Below are positions 44,302 to 52,648 of a DNA stretch of 64,000 bases, piece by piece. Position 1 is the stretch's first letter; each line of letters starts with the position of its first letter. The position numbers and the translations under genes are program-made. The notes beneath the pieces are model-generated. The model was not told the DNA's origin and did not search any database. It was given only the letters and a program-made list of their open reading frames with translations. The DNA comes from an uncultured virus (IMG/VR IMGVR_UViG_3300027734_000054) (lineage: Duplodnaviria > Heunggongvirae > Uroviricota > Caudoviricetes): IMG/VR virus record IMGVR_UViG_3300027734_000054; one strand, 5' to 3'.

Positions 44302-44577
44302 TTAGACCAGACTTCCCAGTATAGATTTTTTAATACTCCAAGACGATTTTACTAAAAATGCACACTTTTCGTATTCTTCTAATTCTTCAAAATGGCTAAT
44401 CAATCTTTCAAAAAGATCTGAGTCTCTAAATTTGTATAATGGGCTTCCTTCTTCGAAAGCTTTTTCGCCCATGGTTTCTATATAATTATAGAGTTTTCTT
44501 GATTGCTCATCATAGAGTTCATCAATCTGATCTTCTAAATCTTGGAGTTTTTTCATGTTTCCCATATCCATATCCAT
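44302..44577 (-). CDS. Hypothetical protein with UVR-like motif
   Basis: FEELEEYEKCAFL pattern. Confidence 0.6.
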   Translation of the reverse strand: MDMDMGNMKKLQDLEDQIDELYDEQSRKLYNYIETMGEKAFEEGSPLYKFRDSDLFERLISHFEELEEYEKCAFLVKSSWSIKKSILGSLV

Positions 44578-44629
44578 TATTTATTAATTGTAAATATAAC
44601 TACTATTTTTGTTTAAAAAAAATGATTCC

Positions 44630-44986
44630 TTAGATGTTTCCCGGTTTTTGATAATTTGTAAATATCTCCTCTCCTATTGATATTTCTCTAAGAGCAAAAA
44701 ATATTATTTTGTTTTTCTGTGTATCAGTTTCCCAGTCAGCATTAAATTCTTTATCTGAATGATTAAATATACTTCCAAATCCTAAGCATATACATAATCC
44801 TTCCCCCTTTTTAGGCCAGCTAAAAAAATGGTCATGTAGAATCTTAGGATATTCCAATTCTCGGGGAACTATAAAAAAATGGCATTCTTCAATAATTTCC
44901 CCTTGCTTTATTATTTCCGAGCAAAAAACTCCTCTCCCGTGAATGGAAGAATCGTCGACATAAATCTTATTTGATCTGTATAACAT
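44630..44986 (-). CDS. SET-domain protein (putative lysine methyltransferase)
   Basis: HGRGVF, SIFNHS, ALREI..GEE.F.NY motifs. ATG at 44986 preferred over the longer ORF-track start. Confidence 0.85.
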   Translation of the reverse strand: MLYRSNKIYVDDSSIHGRGVFCSEIIKQGEIIEECHFFIVPRELEYPKILHDHFFSWPKKGEGLCICLGFGSIFNHSDKEFNADWETDTQKNKIIFFALREISIGEEIFTNYQKPGNI

Positions 44987-45047
44987 ATTATTTATAGTGT
45001 ATCTAAATGTAAAAAATTCGAAATGTAGATATATAAAATAAAAATTC

Positions 45048-45836
45048 ATGGAGAATTTATTGTCTATAGAACAATTTATAACAGAGGGAAAACTACAGTT
45101 TTCCCCTCAACAGATAAGGGAATCATTAGAATATCTTAATTCTGATGATCCACAATTACTAGAGGCTTGGTATAATACAATATTAGATTTTGCAGCGCTT
45201 CTTCCAGTAGTAGGATCTGCAGCAGAGGGTATTAACTTAGTATCTTATGCTAAACAAGGTGAATATCTTTTAGCAGGACTTTGTGCTATCGGATTAATTC
45301 CAATCTTCGGGCAATATATTGGAGCAGGTGGTACATTGCTAGTTAAAGCTTTAGGAAAAGGAGCTGGTTTAGGAGCTAGCATATTAAGGCCTTTAGTTAA
45401 TTTAGTAGCTAAATTTTTCCCTAAAATTGCAGCTTTCTTTAAGAGCGCTAAATTTACTTCTAAGTTTGCTGGTATAGCACCTTATACAAGTAAAATGATG
45501 GGATCTCTTAAAAATTTCGTTACGAACGGAGGATCTCAGATTGCTAATTTAGCTAAGGACACTTCTAAAATAAAATCACTTAAGAGAGAAGCTAGAAACT
45601 TAAAAAGCGGAGTTAAATTTACTGAATGGATTTTTGGGGATAAAACATCATCAATGCCGTCTACTGCTTCAGCTAGTGCATATGGAGGATACGGGTCAGC
45701 CCCACAATATCAAATGCCGGTTCCTAAAGATGCCTATATGTCTTACCAAGGAACACCACTACAAAATATTAGGCCTTATACTGATATGGAGATATCTCAA
45801 GCTGAAATGGCTAACGACTGGTCACAATACCTATAA
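45048..45836 (+). CDS. Putative head-packaged protein with pre-toxin TG-like hydrophobic hairpin
   Basis: LDFAALLPVVGSAAEGIN...GEY..AGL.AIGLIP.FG motif and N-terminal FITE. Confidence 0.65.
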   Translation: MENLLSIEQFITEGKLQFSPQQIRESLEYLNSDDPQLLEAWYNTILDFAALLPVVGSAAEGINLVSYAKQGEYLLAGLCAIGLIPIFGQYIGAGGTLLVKALGKGAGLGASILRPLVNLVAKFFPKIAAFFKSAKFTSKFAGIAPYTSKMMGSLKNFVTNGGSQIANLAKDTSKIKSLKREARNLKSGVKFTEWIFGDKTSSMPSTASASAYGGYGSAPQYQMPVPKDAYMSYQGTPLQNIRPYTDMEISQAEMANDWSQYL

Positions 45837-45844
45837 AAACTACA

Positions 45845-45870
45845 AACCCAAGATTTCTCTTGGGTTTTTT
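45845..45870. terminator. Terminator between convergent genes
   Basis: AAACCCAAGA-TTTC-TCTTGGGTTTTTT. Confidence 0.75.
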
Positions 45871-45882
45871 GTGTAGTAAGAT

Positions 45883-46647
45883 TTAGATTTTTTCCCCGCA
45901 ATTTGGACAGAATTTCCAAGATTGCTTTTTAGCTCTTGTACCACAGTTTGTACAGTAGTTTCTAAGAGTAGAAACCTCAACTGGTTTTTGTGACTCAGGA
46001 AGTAATTTAATGATAATAGAACTTGTAGGAAATGAGCTAAAATTTCCGTTTACTGTTTCGAATAATTGATTGCTCGAATCACCTTTTTCTATCCTACCTG
46101 TTTCAACACTTTTAGATACACTAGCATTAACTCCTATAGAACCGCTAGTAACGCTGGACACAGTAAAAGTATTATTTACAGTGGTACCACCGAATGGATA
46201 GCTATAAGTATCATACAATGTACCGGGGATGTATCCTGTATTACTACTAGAAGTCAATGTAAGAGATCCAGGAAATGACGAGTAAGTGGAAGTTGTAATC
46301 TCAGTATAAAAAGAAACTTCTACACCTCCATTATTTCTGATAGCATTTAAAGCTTCATTTGATCCTTCGACTTCATACGTTTCAAAAACAAATTTGTTGT
46401 TCGAATCGATAAATCTTTCCAGATAAACTCTCTCACCTGGTTTTAGTACAATCCCTGAATTAGAAATACTATTACCGTTGATAGTGATTTTTGCAAGTAC
46501 CCTTGACGTTGTTGGATTGAATAATTCAATCTCGAAATTTTCACCGTCTTTTAGATAGACGGAATTCTCATAGATCTTAGATCTATTTCTGTTTTTTGTG
46601 ATGTTCGCAGTACACTGCGACGTCACGCTTGGCGTTGAATAATACAT
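45883..46647 (-). CDS. Hypothetical protein with C-terminal double zinc ribbon
   Basis: YCTNCG...FCPNCG. Confidence 0.8.
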   Translation of the reverse strand: MYYSTPSVTSQCTANITKNRNRSKIYENSVYLKDGENFEIELFNPTTSRVLAKITINGNSISNSGIVLKPGERVYLERFIDSNNKFVFETYEVEGSNEALNAIRNNGGVEVSFYTEITTSTYSSFPGSLTLTSSSNTGYIPGTLYDTYSYPFGGTTVNNTFTVSSVTSGSIGVNASVSKSVETGRIEKGDSSNQLFETVNGNFSSFPTSSIIIKLLPESQKPVEVSTLRNYCTNCGTRAKKQSWKFCPNCGEKI

Positions 46648-46774
46648 AAAGACTATTTTATTTGGCCCCTTCCTTTGTTTCCATTTCTGAAAACTCTACG
46701 GTTTGTTGACCGGGAAGTGACTAGAAACCTCTAGTTCTACTATTATATAACCAACTTATAAAAAGTTACAAAAA

Positions 46775-47041
46775 TTACTCTGATTTTTTCTTTCTCGTTT
46801 TTTTAACGGGAGCTTCTTTTACTTCTTCCACTTTCTTAGATTTAGGTTTAGTGGGTTTTCTCTTTTTGGGCTTTTCCTCTACTTCACTTTTTTGATGCTC
46901 ATCTCTAATCTCCTGGTAGATCTCAACATTTTTTGGTGGATCCCAAAGACTCATATTCATCTTAAAATCTATATCGTAGTTTTCAAGATTTTTTTCAGTT
47001 TTACTAAACAGATTTTTAAAAAAATTAATGATGGCTTTCAT
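46775..47041 (-). CDS. Hypothetical Lys-rich protein
   Basis: 88-aa ORF. Confidence 0.6.
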   Translation of the reverse strand: MKAIINFFKNLFSKTEKNLENYDIDFKMNMSLWDPPKNVEIYQEIRDEHQKSEVEEKPKKRKPTKPKSKKVEEVKEAPVKKTRKKKSE

Positions 47042-47058
47042 AGAGGATTGTTTTATTT

Positions 47059-47871
47059 TTAGTTGTCGTTTTGCTTAAATTTTTCTGTCTCCTGTTGGTC
47101 TTGTAGTTGTGCTTGTGATTGCTGGCTAAGAACTGGATCTTCTATACTAGTAAGAAGTTCTCTGTAATATTCAAGTGGTTTTTTATTTTCATATTCCCCC
47201 GGCTCAGCTATAGCTCCCGTAAAATTACCTAGTAGATGATTATTTGAATCATCATGTTCTCCTTCATTCCCGAAAATCTGATCTATGTACTCGTAGTAAT
47301 CCTTTTTAGTCTTACCCCCACCAGAAGGGAACGATTTAAACATCTGATTATTTTTCTCTACTATATAATCTGGAAATTCCCATTCCCAATCTTTTTTTAT
47401 TACTGCAGGATAGAAAGTAATTGCTGCAAAATCGCCAGCTACTATTGGTTTTTTTAACTTCATTCTCTGAAACCAAGTCTTGTAGAAAGACCTGATAAGA
47501 TCAAGTTGATCAATATTGGACATTTGTAAAACGTCGTTAGGAGTTAATGTTTTTCCACTCTCTGTATCTATGAATTTTTCTATAACTAAAGGCATAAATG
47601 ATAGAAGTCCTACTGCTCCTGACATTCTGTCATTTTTCTTAGAATCAAATCTACTCTCGTGAAAAATAGTGTGCATAAGCCATAATGGATCAATTCCTAA
47701 ATCGTCTGATATCCTGACTATTTTTTTAAGAAATGCTTGTCTATTTTCTTCTATTAGTTTTGGATAAGGTAAAGCAGTAACAGTCTCGTCTTGATAAGAT
47801 TCAGGATCTACTTTATCTATTCTTATAGATTCGTTTAAAAAGTTTTTGAAGTCTCTTAGATGTTTTAGCAT
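47059..47871 (-). CDS. Lytic transglycosylase-like virion protein
   Basis: LGIDP.WLM..I.HES.F and SGAVGL..FMP motifs. Confidence 0.7.
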   Translation of the reverse strand: MLKHLRDFKNFLNESIRIDKVDPESYQDETVTALPYPKLIEENRQAFLKKIVRISDDLGIDPLWLMHTIFHESRFDSKKNDRMSGAVGLLSFMPLVIEKFIDTESGKTLTPNDVLQMSNIDQLDLIRSFYKTWFQRMKLKKPIVAGDFAAITFYPAVIKKDWEWEFPDYIVEKNNQMFKSFPSGGGKTKKDYYEYIDQIFGNEGEHDDSNNHLLGNFTGAIAEPGEYENKKPLEYYRELLTSIEDPVLSQQSQAQLQDQQETEKFKQNDN

Positions 47872-47884
47872 TTATTATATATCC

Positions 47885-48685
47885 TTATAATAAATTCTTA
47901 AGCATAGGTTTTTCAGAAGCCCAAGCATGTAAAGAAGTAATGTGCATTGTAAGCATACCTGGTTTTACATCTTTCCAGTTTTCTGGATCTTTTTTCTTAC
48001 ATTCTTCGATAAGCCAAAATACCTTCTTAGCACATAAATATATGTCATCTCTGAAGTGTCTGAAGAAATCACACGATCTAATATAATAAACAACGTGTAC
48101 CCACTCTGCCCTTCTAATAAAGTGATATCCTATCGTACAAGGAACTCTTTCCCCGTGAACTGATCCTGTATCTTCTGGAAACCAAATAGGAAGAAATGCT
48201 TGTCTTGTAAAAGGTTCTCTAACCATAAGATTAATAACGTCTGCAAAATCACCGTAGTGATATCTTATTCCTTTTAGGGTTACACCAGATTTCCTAGTTG
48301 CTGAATCATCCTCTCCGTATTTCCCCCATATTCTTTCTGGATAAGTATGTGAGAATTTCTCTTCTCCTCCAAATTCTGAATTGTTCTTTTGAGCATATGG
48401 CCAACGAACATGAGAAGGAGGGGGATTAAGAGGTGAACCACTAACCCTTTCTTCGAAGTGTTCGTCTGCCCATAAAAAATTTGGTTTGATCTGCTCACCA
48501 ATAACTTTAATGTCAGGAGACATCTGACATGAGAATGAAAGATTTAATGTTTCTATCATGGCATATTTGGGATCATCTTTGATCTCTTTGCCTTGCCATC
48601 TTTCAGTGTGAACAATATATGAATAATCGTACATCTGTTGTGCAGTCCAACGGATCACATCATTAAATCTCCCAAACTTTTTCAT
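47885..48685 (-). CDS. Thymidylate synthase superfamily enzyme (dCMP-type Asp variant)
   Basis: TRQA, RVPCT (catalytic Cys), RSCDFFRHFRDD and SLH motifs. Confidence 0.8.
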   Translation of the reverse strand: MKKFGRFNDVIRWTAQQMYDYSYIVHTERWQGKEIKDDPKYAMIETLNLSFSCQMSPDIKVIGEQIKPNFLWADEHFEERVSGSPLNPPPSHVRWPYAQKNNSEFGGEEKFSHTYPERIWGKYGEDDSATRKSGVTLKGIRYHYGDFADVINLMVREPFTRQAFLPIWFPEDTGSVHGERVPCTIGYHFIRRAEWVHVVYYIRSCDFFRHFRDDIYLCAKKVFWLIEECKKKDPENWKDVKPGMLTMHITSLHAWASEKPMLKNLL

Positions 48686-48727
48686 TAAACTTTTTCTTTA
48701 TTATACTAAAAAACCTGATCTAGTTTC

Positions 48728-49792
48728 CTATTTGGAGTATCTTTCCATAGAATTTTTAGAAATTTTATTGAACTTTACTTTGCCAATAAATTCCCCGATC
48801 GTTAGACAATCAGTATAACTCATAGCAGATTTTAAATAATCTTTAAAATTTTCAGCCCATCCTCCAAGCGTGTATTCGACGGGTTGCATTTTACTAATTC
48901 CTTCGGATGTTTTCAAATCTTTTTTTCCTAGACTCTTTTGTACTTCCTTAGTTGACATACCTCTAAACTTCTTATAGAATTTCTTTCCTGCTTCAAATTG
49001 GATTAGTGTATCAAAAGAGTATTGATCTACTTTATCTCCTGGCTCTGTCCAAGAATCATATTTTTTATTAGCTTCGAATGTTTCACCGCAGCTTTCTAGA
49101 GCTTTATTAAAAATACTTCCAAGCATCACGTAATCAGCTCCTAAAGCTAATGCCTTAATCACGTCAGCATATTTTTTAAATCCACCGTCTGCTACGATCT
49201 TGGCTGAAAGATTTCTTTCCTGCTGGATTTTTGCAGTTTCGTGAATCAAAGAAGCCATAGGATAACCAACACCCGTTTGTACAGTTGTTAAACATCCTGC
49301 TCCGTTTCCTATTCCCATTCTAACATAATCAGCTCCTGATTGTGCTAAAGAAAGATATGTTAAAGGGTTAGCACAATTGCCAACCATAATAACTAGATTT
49401 CTTCCGTAGATTTCCTTAGATTGTTCTAGCAATTCCTTTACAATCCTCATGTGTCCGTTCGCTATATCAATTAAGGCGTACGCTTTTCGACCTAGAGGTA
49501 TGTTAGCCTGATTATCAATAAAAAGTCTCTTAAAATCATCTAAACCATAAGAGAACCAGACATTATGATCTAATGAGATATCTGTTAATTCGTATTCTAT
49601 TTTTCTAGGAATAATGCTGTATATTTTATGAGAGTTAAAAACTTCATAATTATCCATACTGATTACTGTGTCCATTGGAGCTGTAAAAAGGGGAAGCATT
49701 TGTTTCTCGTCGAAAGGATCTACTTTCTTTCTTGAAAGTATTCCCGTGTGCATTTCTGGTTCGATAAGAATATCGTCAAAGTCAAATAGCAT
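48728..49792 (-). CDS. GMP reductase / IMP dehydrogenase family protein
   Basis: APMDTV, DIANGH, GIGNGAGCLT, ADGG, VMLGS, FRGMS. Confidence 0.88.
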   Translation of the reverse strand: MLFDFDDILIEPEMHTGILSRKKVDPFDEKQMLPLFTAPMDTVISMDNYEVFNSHKIYSIIPRKIEYELTDISLDHNVWFSYGLDDFKRLFIDNQANIPLGRKAYALIDIANGHMRIVKELLEQSKEIYGRNLVIMVGNCANPLTYLSLAQSGADYVRMGIGNGAGCLTTVQTGVGYPMASLIHETAKIQQERNLSAKIVADGGFKKYADVIKALALGADYVMLGSIFNKALESCGETFEANKKYDSWTEPGDKVDQYSFDTLIQFEAGKKFYKKFRGMSTKEVQKSLGKKDLKTSEGISKMQPVEYTLGGWAENFKDYLKSAMSYTDCLTIGEFIGKVKFNKISKNSMERYSK

Positions 49793-49831
49793 ATCTTTTA
49801 TTATTTATAAATCTTATAGATATAAGATTCA

Positions 49832-49860
49832 CAAAAAATCCCAGTAATACTGGGATTTTT
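49832..49860 (-). terminator. Intrinsic terminator
   Basis: AAAATCCCAGTA-T-TACTGGGATTTTTT. Confidence 0.7.
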
Positions 49861-49864
49861 AAAA

Positions 49865-50359
49865 TTAATCAGGAAGATATGCTGTCCAAACATCGATCCC
49901 TTTGGAAAAATTCCTTATGAAATAACCATAGCCTGGTTTAAATGGCTTTTGTCTCATTTTCATACCAGCTTCCTCAGGTGTTCTATCGCCCTTTCTACCG
50001 TTACATTTTGAACAGCAAGTAGCTAGATTTTCCCATGTGTTACCACCACCCCTAGATCTTGGGATAACGTGATCTAGCGTGAGATTCTTATTGGATTCAC
50101 ACCCTAAATAAATACATTTCATTCCATCTCTTTTAAAGATATTTTCCCTTGTAGGCTTTAACTTCTTAAAAGGTAAAACAACATACTTTAGAAGCCGAAT
50201 TACTGACGGTCTTTTGTAAGTGCTTTGATCAGTAACAATTGGATTTTGTTCGTCATGCTCTAAAACCTCAGCTTTACCTTTGTATACAAGCTTAAATCCC
50301 CGGGCAAAATCGGTAACGCTTATAGGCGTAAAGTCATTATTTAGTACTAGCACTTTCAT
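49865..50359 (-). CDS. HNH endonuclease (McrA-like)
   Basis: IFKRD..C.Y..C, TLDHVIPRSRGG..WENL..CC..CN..K. Confidence 0.9.
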   Translation of the reverse strand: MKVLVLNNDFTPISVTDFARGFKLVYKGKAEVLEHDEQNPIVTDQSTYKRPSVIRLLKYVVLPFKKLKPTRENIFKRDGMKCIYLGCESNKNLTLDHVIPRSRGGGNTWENLATCCSKCNGRKGDRTPEEAGMKMRQKPFKPGYGYFIRNFSKGIDVWTAYLPD

Positions 50360-50391
50360 AACTACACTTTTTTACATACTGGATTTTTAAT

Positions 50392-51120
50392 TTATAATTT
50401 ATCTTCTTCGATAATAGAATACCAAAAGATTTGTTGTTTTGAATTTTTTACTAAATTCCAAAATTCGTTCCATTTTTTTTCTGTCGGAATTACTTGACAT
50501 CCAGCAGAATATCCACCAACACAGGGTATACCAGAAGATCCATCTACACCTTTAGGAGATAACCCATAATGAAAATTTGTACCAGTTCCTATATCTTTTT
50601 TTGGTGGATCATATGTTTTTACCACGTTGTCTTTTGCTGAAAATCTATTTACTGGTATTTCCTTTGGAGATAATCCATCAATACTAGGAACCAAAGCAGG
50701 TATTGTTTTATTCGACGATCCAAAAGTGTGAGTTCCGATCTTAAATTTATATTCAGAATCATCCAAAATTGCTACATCGGTATCGAACCAAGCGACAGAA
50801 GGAACTGTGGTGGCTTGGAATGGTGTAATATTAGGATTTTCTTTTTTTGCATTCTTTGGTATAAAATAAATACTGTCAATATATTTTTCTTGACCATTCT
50901 TTCTAGCTTCCAATTTTCTTCTTATTCCTACTATTACTGCATCACCATTATCAATAGATTTTAACGTCTCTTTGTATTTTCCCACTTTAATTAGATCACC
51001 ATGTATTTTTTTAAAAGACACAGGAACCTGTGGAATAACAGGGGATTCTTTGCAATAATTTTTTATGTATTCTTCCCTATTACTCTCGTTAATAAATTCA
51101 GAATATTTTAGGATCATCAT
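50392..51120 (-). CDS. Hypothetical protein with H...SAGCQV motif (possible peptidoglycan peptidase)
   Basis: GTNFH and SAGCQV motifs; N-terminal EFINES. Confidence 0.6.
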   Translation of the reverse strand: MMILKYSEFINESNREEYIKNYCKESPVIPQVPVSFKKIHGDLIKVGKYKETLKSIDNGDAVIVGIRRKLEARKNGQEKYIDSIYFIPKNAKKENPNITPFQATTVPSVAWFDTDVAILDDSEYKFKIGTHTFGSSNKTIPALVPSIDGLSPKEIPVNRFSAKDNVVKTYDPPKKDIGTGTNFHYGLSPKGVDGSSGIPCVGGYSAGCQVIPTEKKWNEFWNLVKNSKQQIFWYSIIEEDKL

Positions 51121-51143
51121 GACCTATATATCTTATTTTTTAG

Positions 51144-51216
51144 ATGTCCCGCCAGGGCTCGAACCTGGACTCTTCTGAACCAAAATCAGACGTGTTGCCA
51201 ATTACACCACAGGACA
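51144..51216 (-). tRNA. tRNA-Gln(TTG)
   Basis: Cloverleaf, anticodon arm TCTGA-TTTTGGT-TCAGA. Confidence 0.95.
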
Positions 51217-51222
51217 TTATAG

Positions 51223-51295
51223 AGCCTTTGACAGGGATCGAACCTGCGACATCTTCATTACAAATGAAGCGCTCTACCAGCTGAGCTACAAAGGC
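51223..51295 (-). tRNA. tRNA-Thr(TGT)
   Basis: Cloverleaf, CTTCA-TTTGTAA-TGAAG. Confidence 0.95.
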
Positions 51296-51296
51296 A

Positions 51297-51373
51297 TGGG
51301 GTGACAGAGGAGAATCGAACTCCCGACCTTCTGAACCACAATCAGACGCTCTAACCAACTGAGCTACCGTCAC
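51297..51373 (-). tRNA. tRNA-His(GTG)
   Basis: Cloverleaf, TCTGA-TTGTGGT-TCAGA, C73, encoded CCA, no encoded G-1. Confidence 0.95.
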
Positions 51374-51375
51374 AG

Positions 51376-51448
51376 TAGCGAGTGGCAGGTTCGAACTGCC
51401 GACCTTCGGGGTATGATTCCGACGCTCTACCAACTGAGCTAACTCGCC
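51376..51448 (-). tRNA. tRNA-Met(CAT), probably elongator
   Basis: Cloverleaf, TCGGA-ATCATAC-CCCGA. Lacks the initiator 1:72 mismatch and the GGG/CCC anticodon stem. Confidence 0.85.
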
Positions 51449-51457
51449 ATATAAAAG

Positions 51458-51531
51458 TGGAGGATAACGGATTCGAACCGTTGACCCCTTGCGTGCAAGG
51501 CAAGTGCTCTAGCCAGCTGAGCTAATCCCAC
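51458..51531 (-). tRNA. tRNA-Ala(TGC)
   Basis: Cloverleaf with G3:U70 and a U2.C71 mismatch. Confidence 0.93.
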
Positions 51532-51606
51532 TGGAGCAGGTACCCGGAATCGAACCGAGATCTTCTGATTGGAAGTCAGAAGTAATGACCGTTATACGAT
51601 ACCTGC
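51532..51606 (-). tRNA. tRNA-Gly(TCC)
   Basis: Cloverleaf, TCTGA-CTTCCAA-TCAGA, encoded CCA. Confidence 0.95.
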
Positions 51607-51609
51607 ATT

Positions 51610-51694
51610 TGGTCGGAGCGGAGGGATTCGAACCCCCAATGCCGTAAGGCGGCTGATTTACAGTCAGCTGAGCAACCAATTGCTCAACACTCCG
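51610..51694 (-). tRNA. tRNA-Tyr(GTA) with C1:G72 and long variable arm
   Basis: Acceptor CGGAGTG/CGCTCCG, A73, CCA; anticodon arm GCTGA-CTGTAAA-TCAGC. Confidence 0.95.
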
Positions 51695-51699
51695 AAGTG

Positions 51700-51772
51700 C
51701 GGGGATGATAGGATTCGAACCTATGACCTACTGATTAACAGTCAGTTGCTACTACCGCTGAGCTACATCCCC
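51700..51772 (-). tRNA. tRNA-Asn(GTT)
   Basis: Cloverleaf, ACTGA-CTGTTAA-TCAGT. Confidence 0.95.
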
Positions 51773-51777
51773 AGTTT

Positions 51778-51866
51778 AGATTAGAGAATATTTGAACGGG
51801 GTGGTTTTTTTGGTCAAAAAATTACAAGGTTTTGATCGAAGTAACCCCTTTCACCGCTTCTAATCT
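51778..51866 (-). ncRNA. Y-RNA-like RNA (copy within tRNA operon 1)
   Basis: Terminal stem AGATTAGA/TCTAATCT enclosing GAAGCGG...GTTACTTC...TATTCTC, the same motif as three RNAs upstream of the Ro60 gene. Confidence 0.75.
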
Positions 51867-51868
51867 TG

Positions 51869-51941
51869 TAGTCCCTGAGGGATTCGAACCCCCGACATTT
51901 TGGATGTAAACCAAACGCTCTACCAACTGAGCTAAGAGACT
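51869..51941 (-). tRNA. tRNA-Val(TAC)
   Basis: Cloverleaf, TTTGG-TTTACAT-CCAAA. Confidence 0.95.
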
Positions 51942-51946
51942 AAATG

Positions 51947-52023
51947 TGGTTGACATAGAAGGATTCGAACCTTCGGCCTTTGACGTATCAGATCAACGCT
52001 CTAACCAACTGAGCTATATGTCA
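51947..52023 (-). tRNA. tRNA-Ile(GAT)
   Basis: Cloverleaf, loop CTGATAC, encoded CCA. Confidence 0.93.
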
Positions 52024-52029
52024 ATGTTG

Positions 52030-52115
52030 CGGAAAGAATTGGAATCGAACCAAATACCAATTAAAGTACGCTTCGCTTAGCAGGCGAGCCCCGTCACCAT
52101 CTGAGATTACTTTCC
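52030..52115 (-). tRNA. tRNA-Ser(GCT), atypical acceptor/T/D junction
   Basis: GGAAAG/CTTTCC, G73, loop CTGCTAA, long variable arm, TTGG-TTCGATT-CCAA. Confidence 0.8.
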
Positions 52116-52244
52116 TTTTTTAATTAACCTTCTGATTCTTTTTATCAATCTTTCGGTGTGTTTAAATTTTATTGTTTCTCTTCTTAAGTTTTCTTTACTA
52201 GAGGGGAAACTTCCTCTTGCTACTATTCTGCTTTCTATCGTCAT
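52107..52244 (-). CDS. Possible small basic protein (45 aa)
   Basis: MTIESRIVARG...LIKKGK* fills the gap between tRNAs. Its stop overlaps the 5' end of tRNA-Ser. Confidence 0.35.
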   Translation of the reverse strand: MTIESRIVARGSFPSSKENLRRETIKFKHTERLIKRIRRLIKKGK

Positions 52245-52261
52245 ATTTTTAAATTTTTTTG

Positions 52262-52333
52262 AGGTCGTGACTGGAATCGAACCAGTATAACTAGTTTTGC
52301 AGACTAGTGCCTAAACCACTCGACCACACGACC
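52262..52333 (-). tRNA. tRNA-Cys(GCA)
   Basis: Cloverleaf, CTAGT-CTGCAAA-ACTAG, U73. Confidence 0.95.
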
Positions 52334-52344
52334 TTATTTATTTG

Positions 52345-52417
52345 AGGCTCCACCTGGATTCGAACCAGGATCAGATCATCCGTAGTGATCTATTCTAATC
52401 CATTGAACTATAGAGCC
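52345..52417 (-). tRNA. tRNA-Arg(ACG)
   Basis: Cloverleaf, GATCA-CTACGGA-TGATC. Confidence 0.95.
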
Positions 52418-52425
52418 TTATTTTG

Positions 52426-52498
52426 CACAAAGGGTAGGACTCGAACCTACGACACCCAGTTTTGGAGACTGGTGCTCTACCAACTGAGCTACCGATGT
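52426..52498 (-). tRNA. tRNA-Trp(CCA)
   Basis: Cloverleaf, CCAGT-CTCCAAA-ACTGG, two acceptor-stem mismatches. Confidence 0.9.
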
Positions 52499-52504
52499 GT
52501 ATAG

Positions 52505-52577
52505 TGATCCCGGAGGGGCTCGAACCCTCGACTCCCGCATTAAAAGTGCGGTGCTCTACCAGCTGAGCTACGAGATC
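52505..52577 (-). tRNA. tRNA-Lys(TTT)
   Basis: Cloverleaf, CCGCA-CTTTTAA-TGCGG. Confidence 0.95.
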
Positions 52578-52648
52578 ATTGTTACTAAACTTGTTTTTGT
52601 AATACTAAACATGATTAGTTTAGTGAGACAATTTCTTGTTTAGTATTG

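Noticed and set aside
51140..51784. ORFs 51140..51433 and 51569..51784 (likewise 53625..53810, 57532..57771, 57866..58078)
   Set aside because: They overlap well-formed tRNA genes and are spurious.
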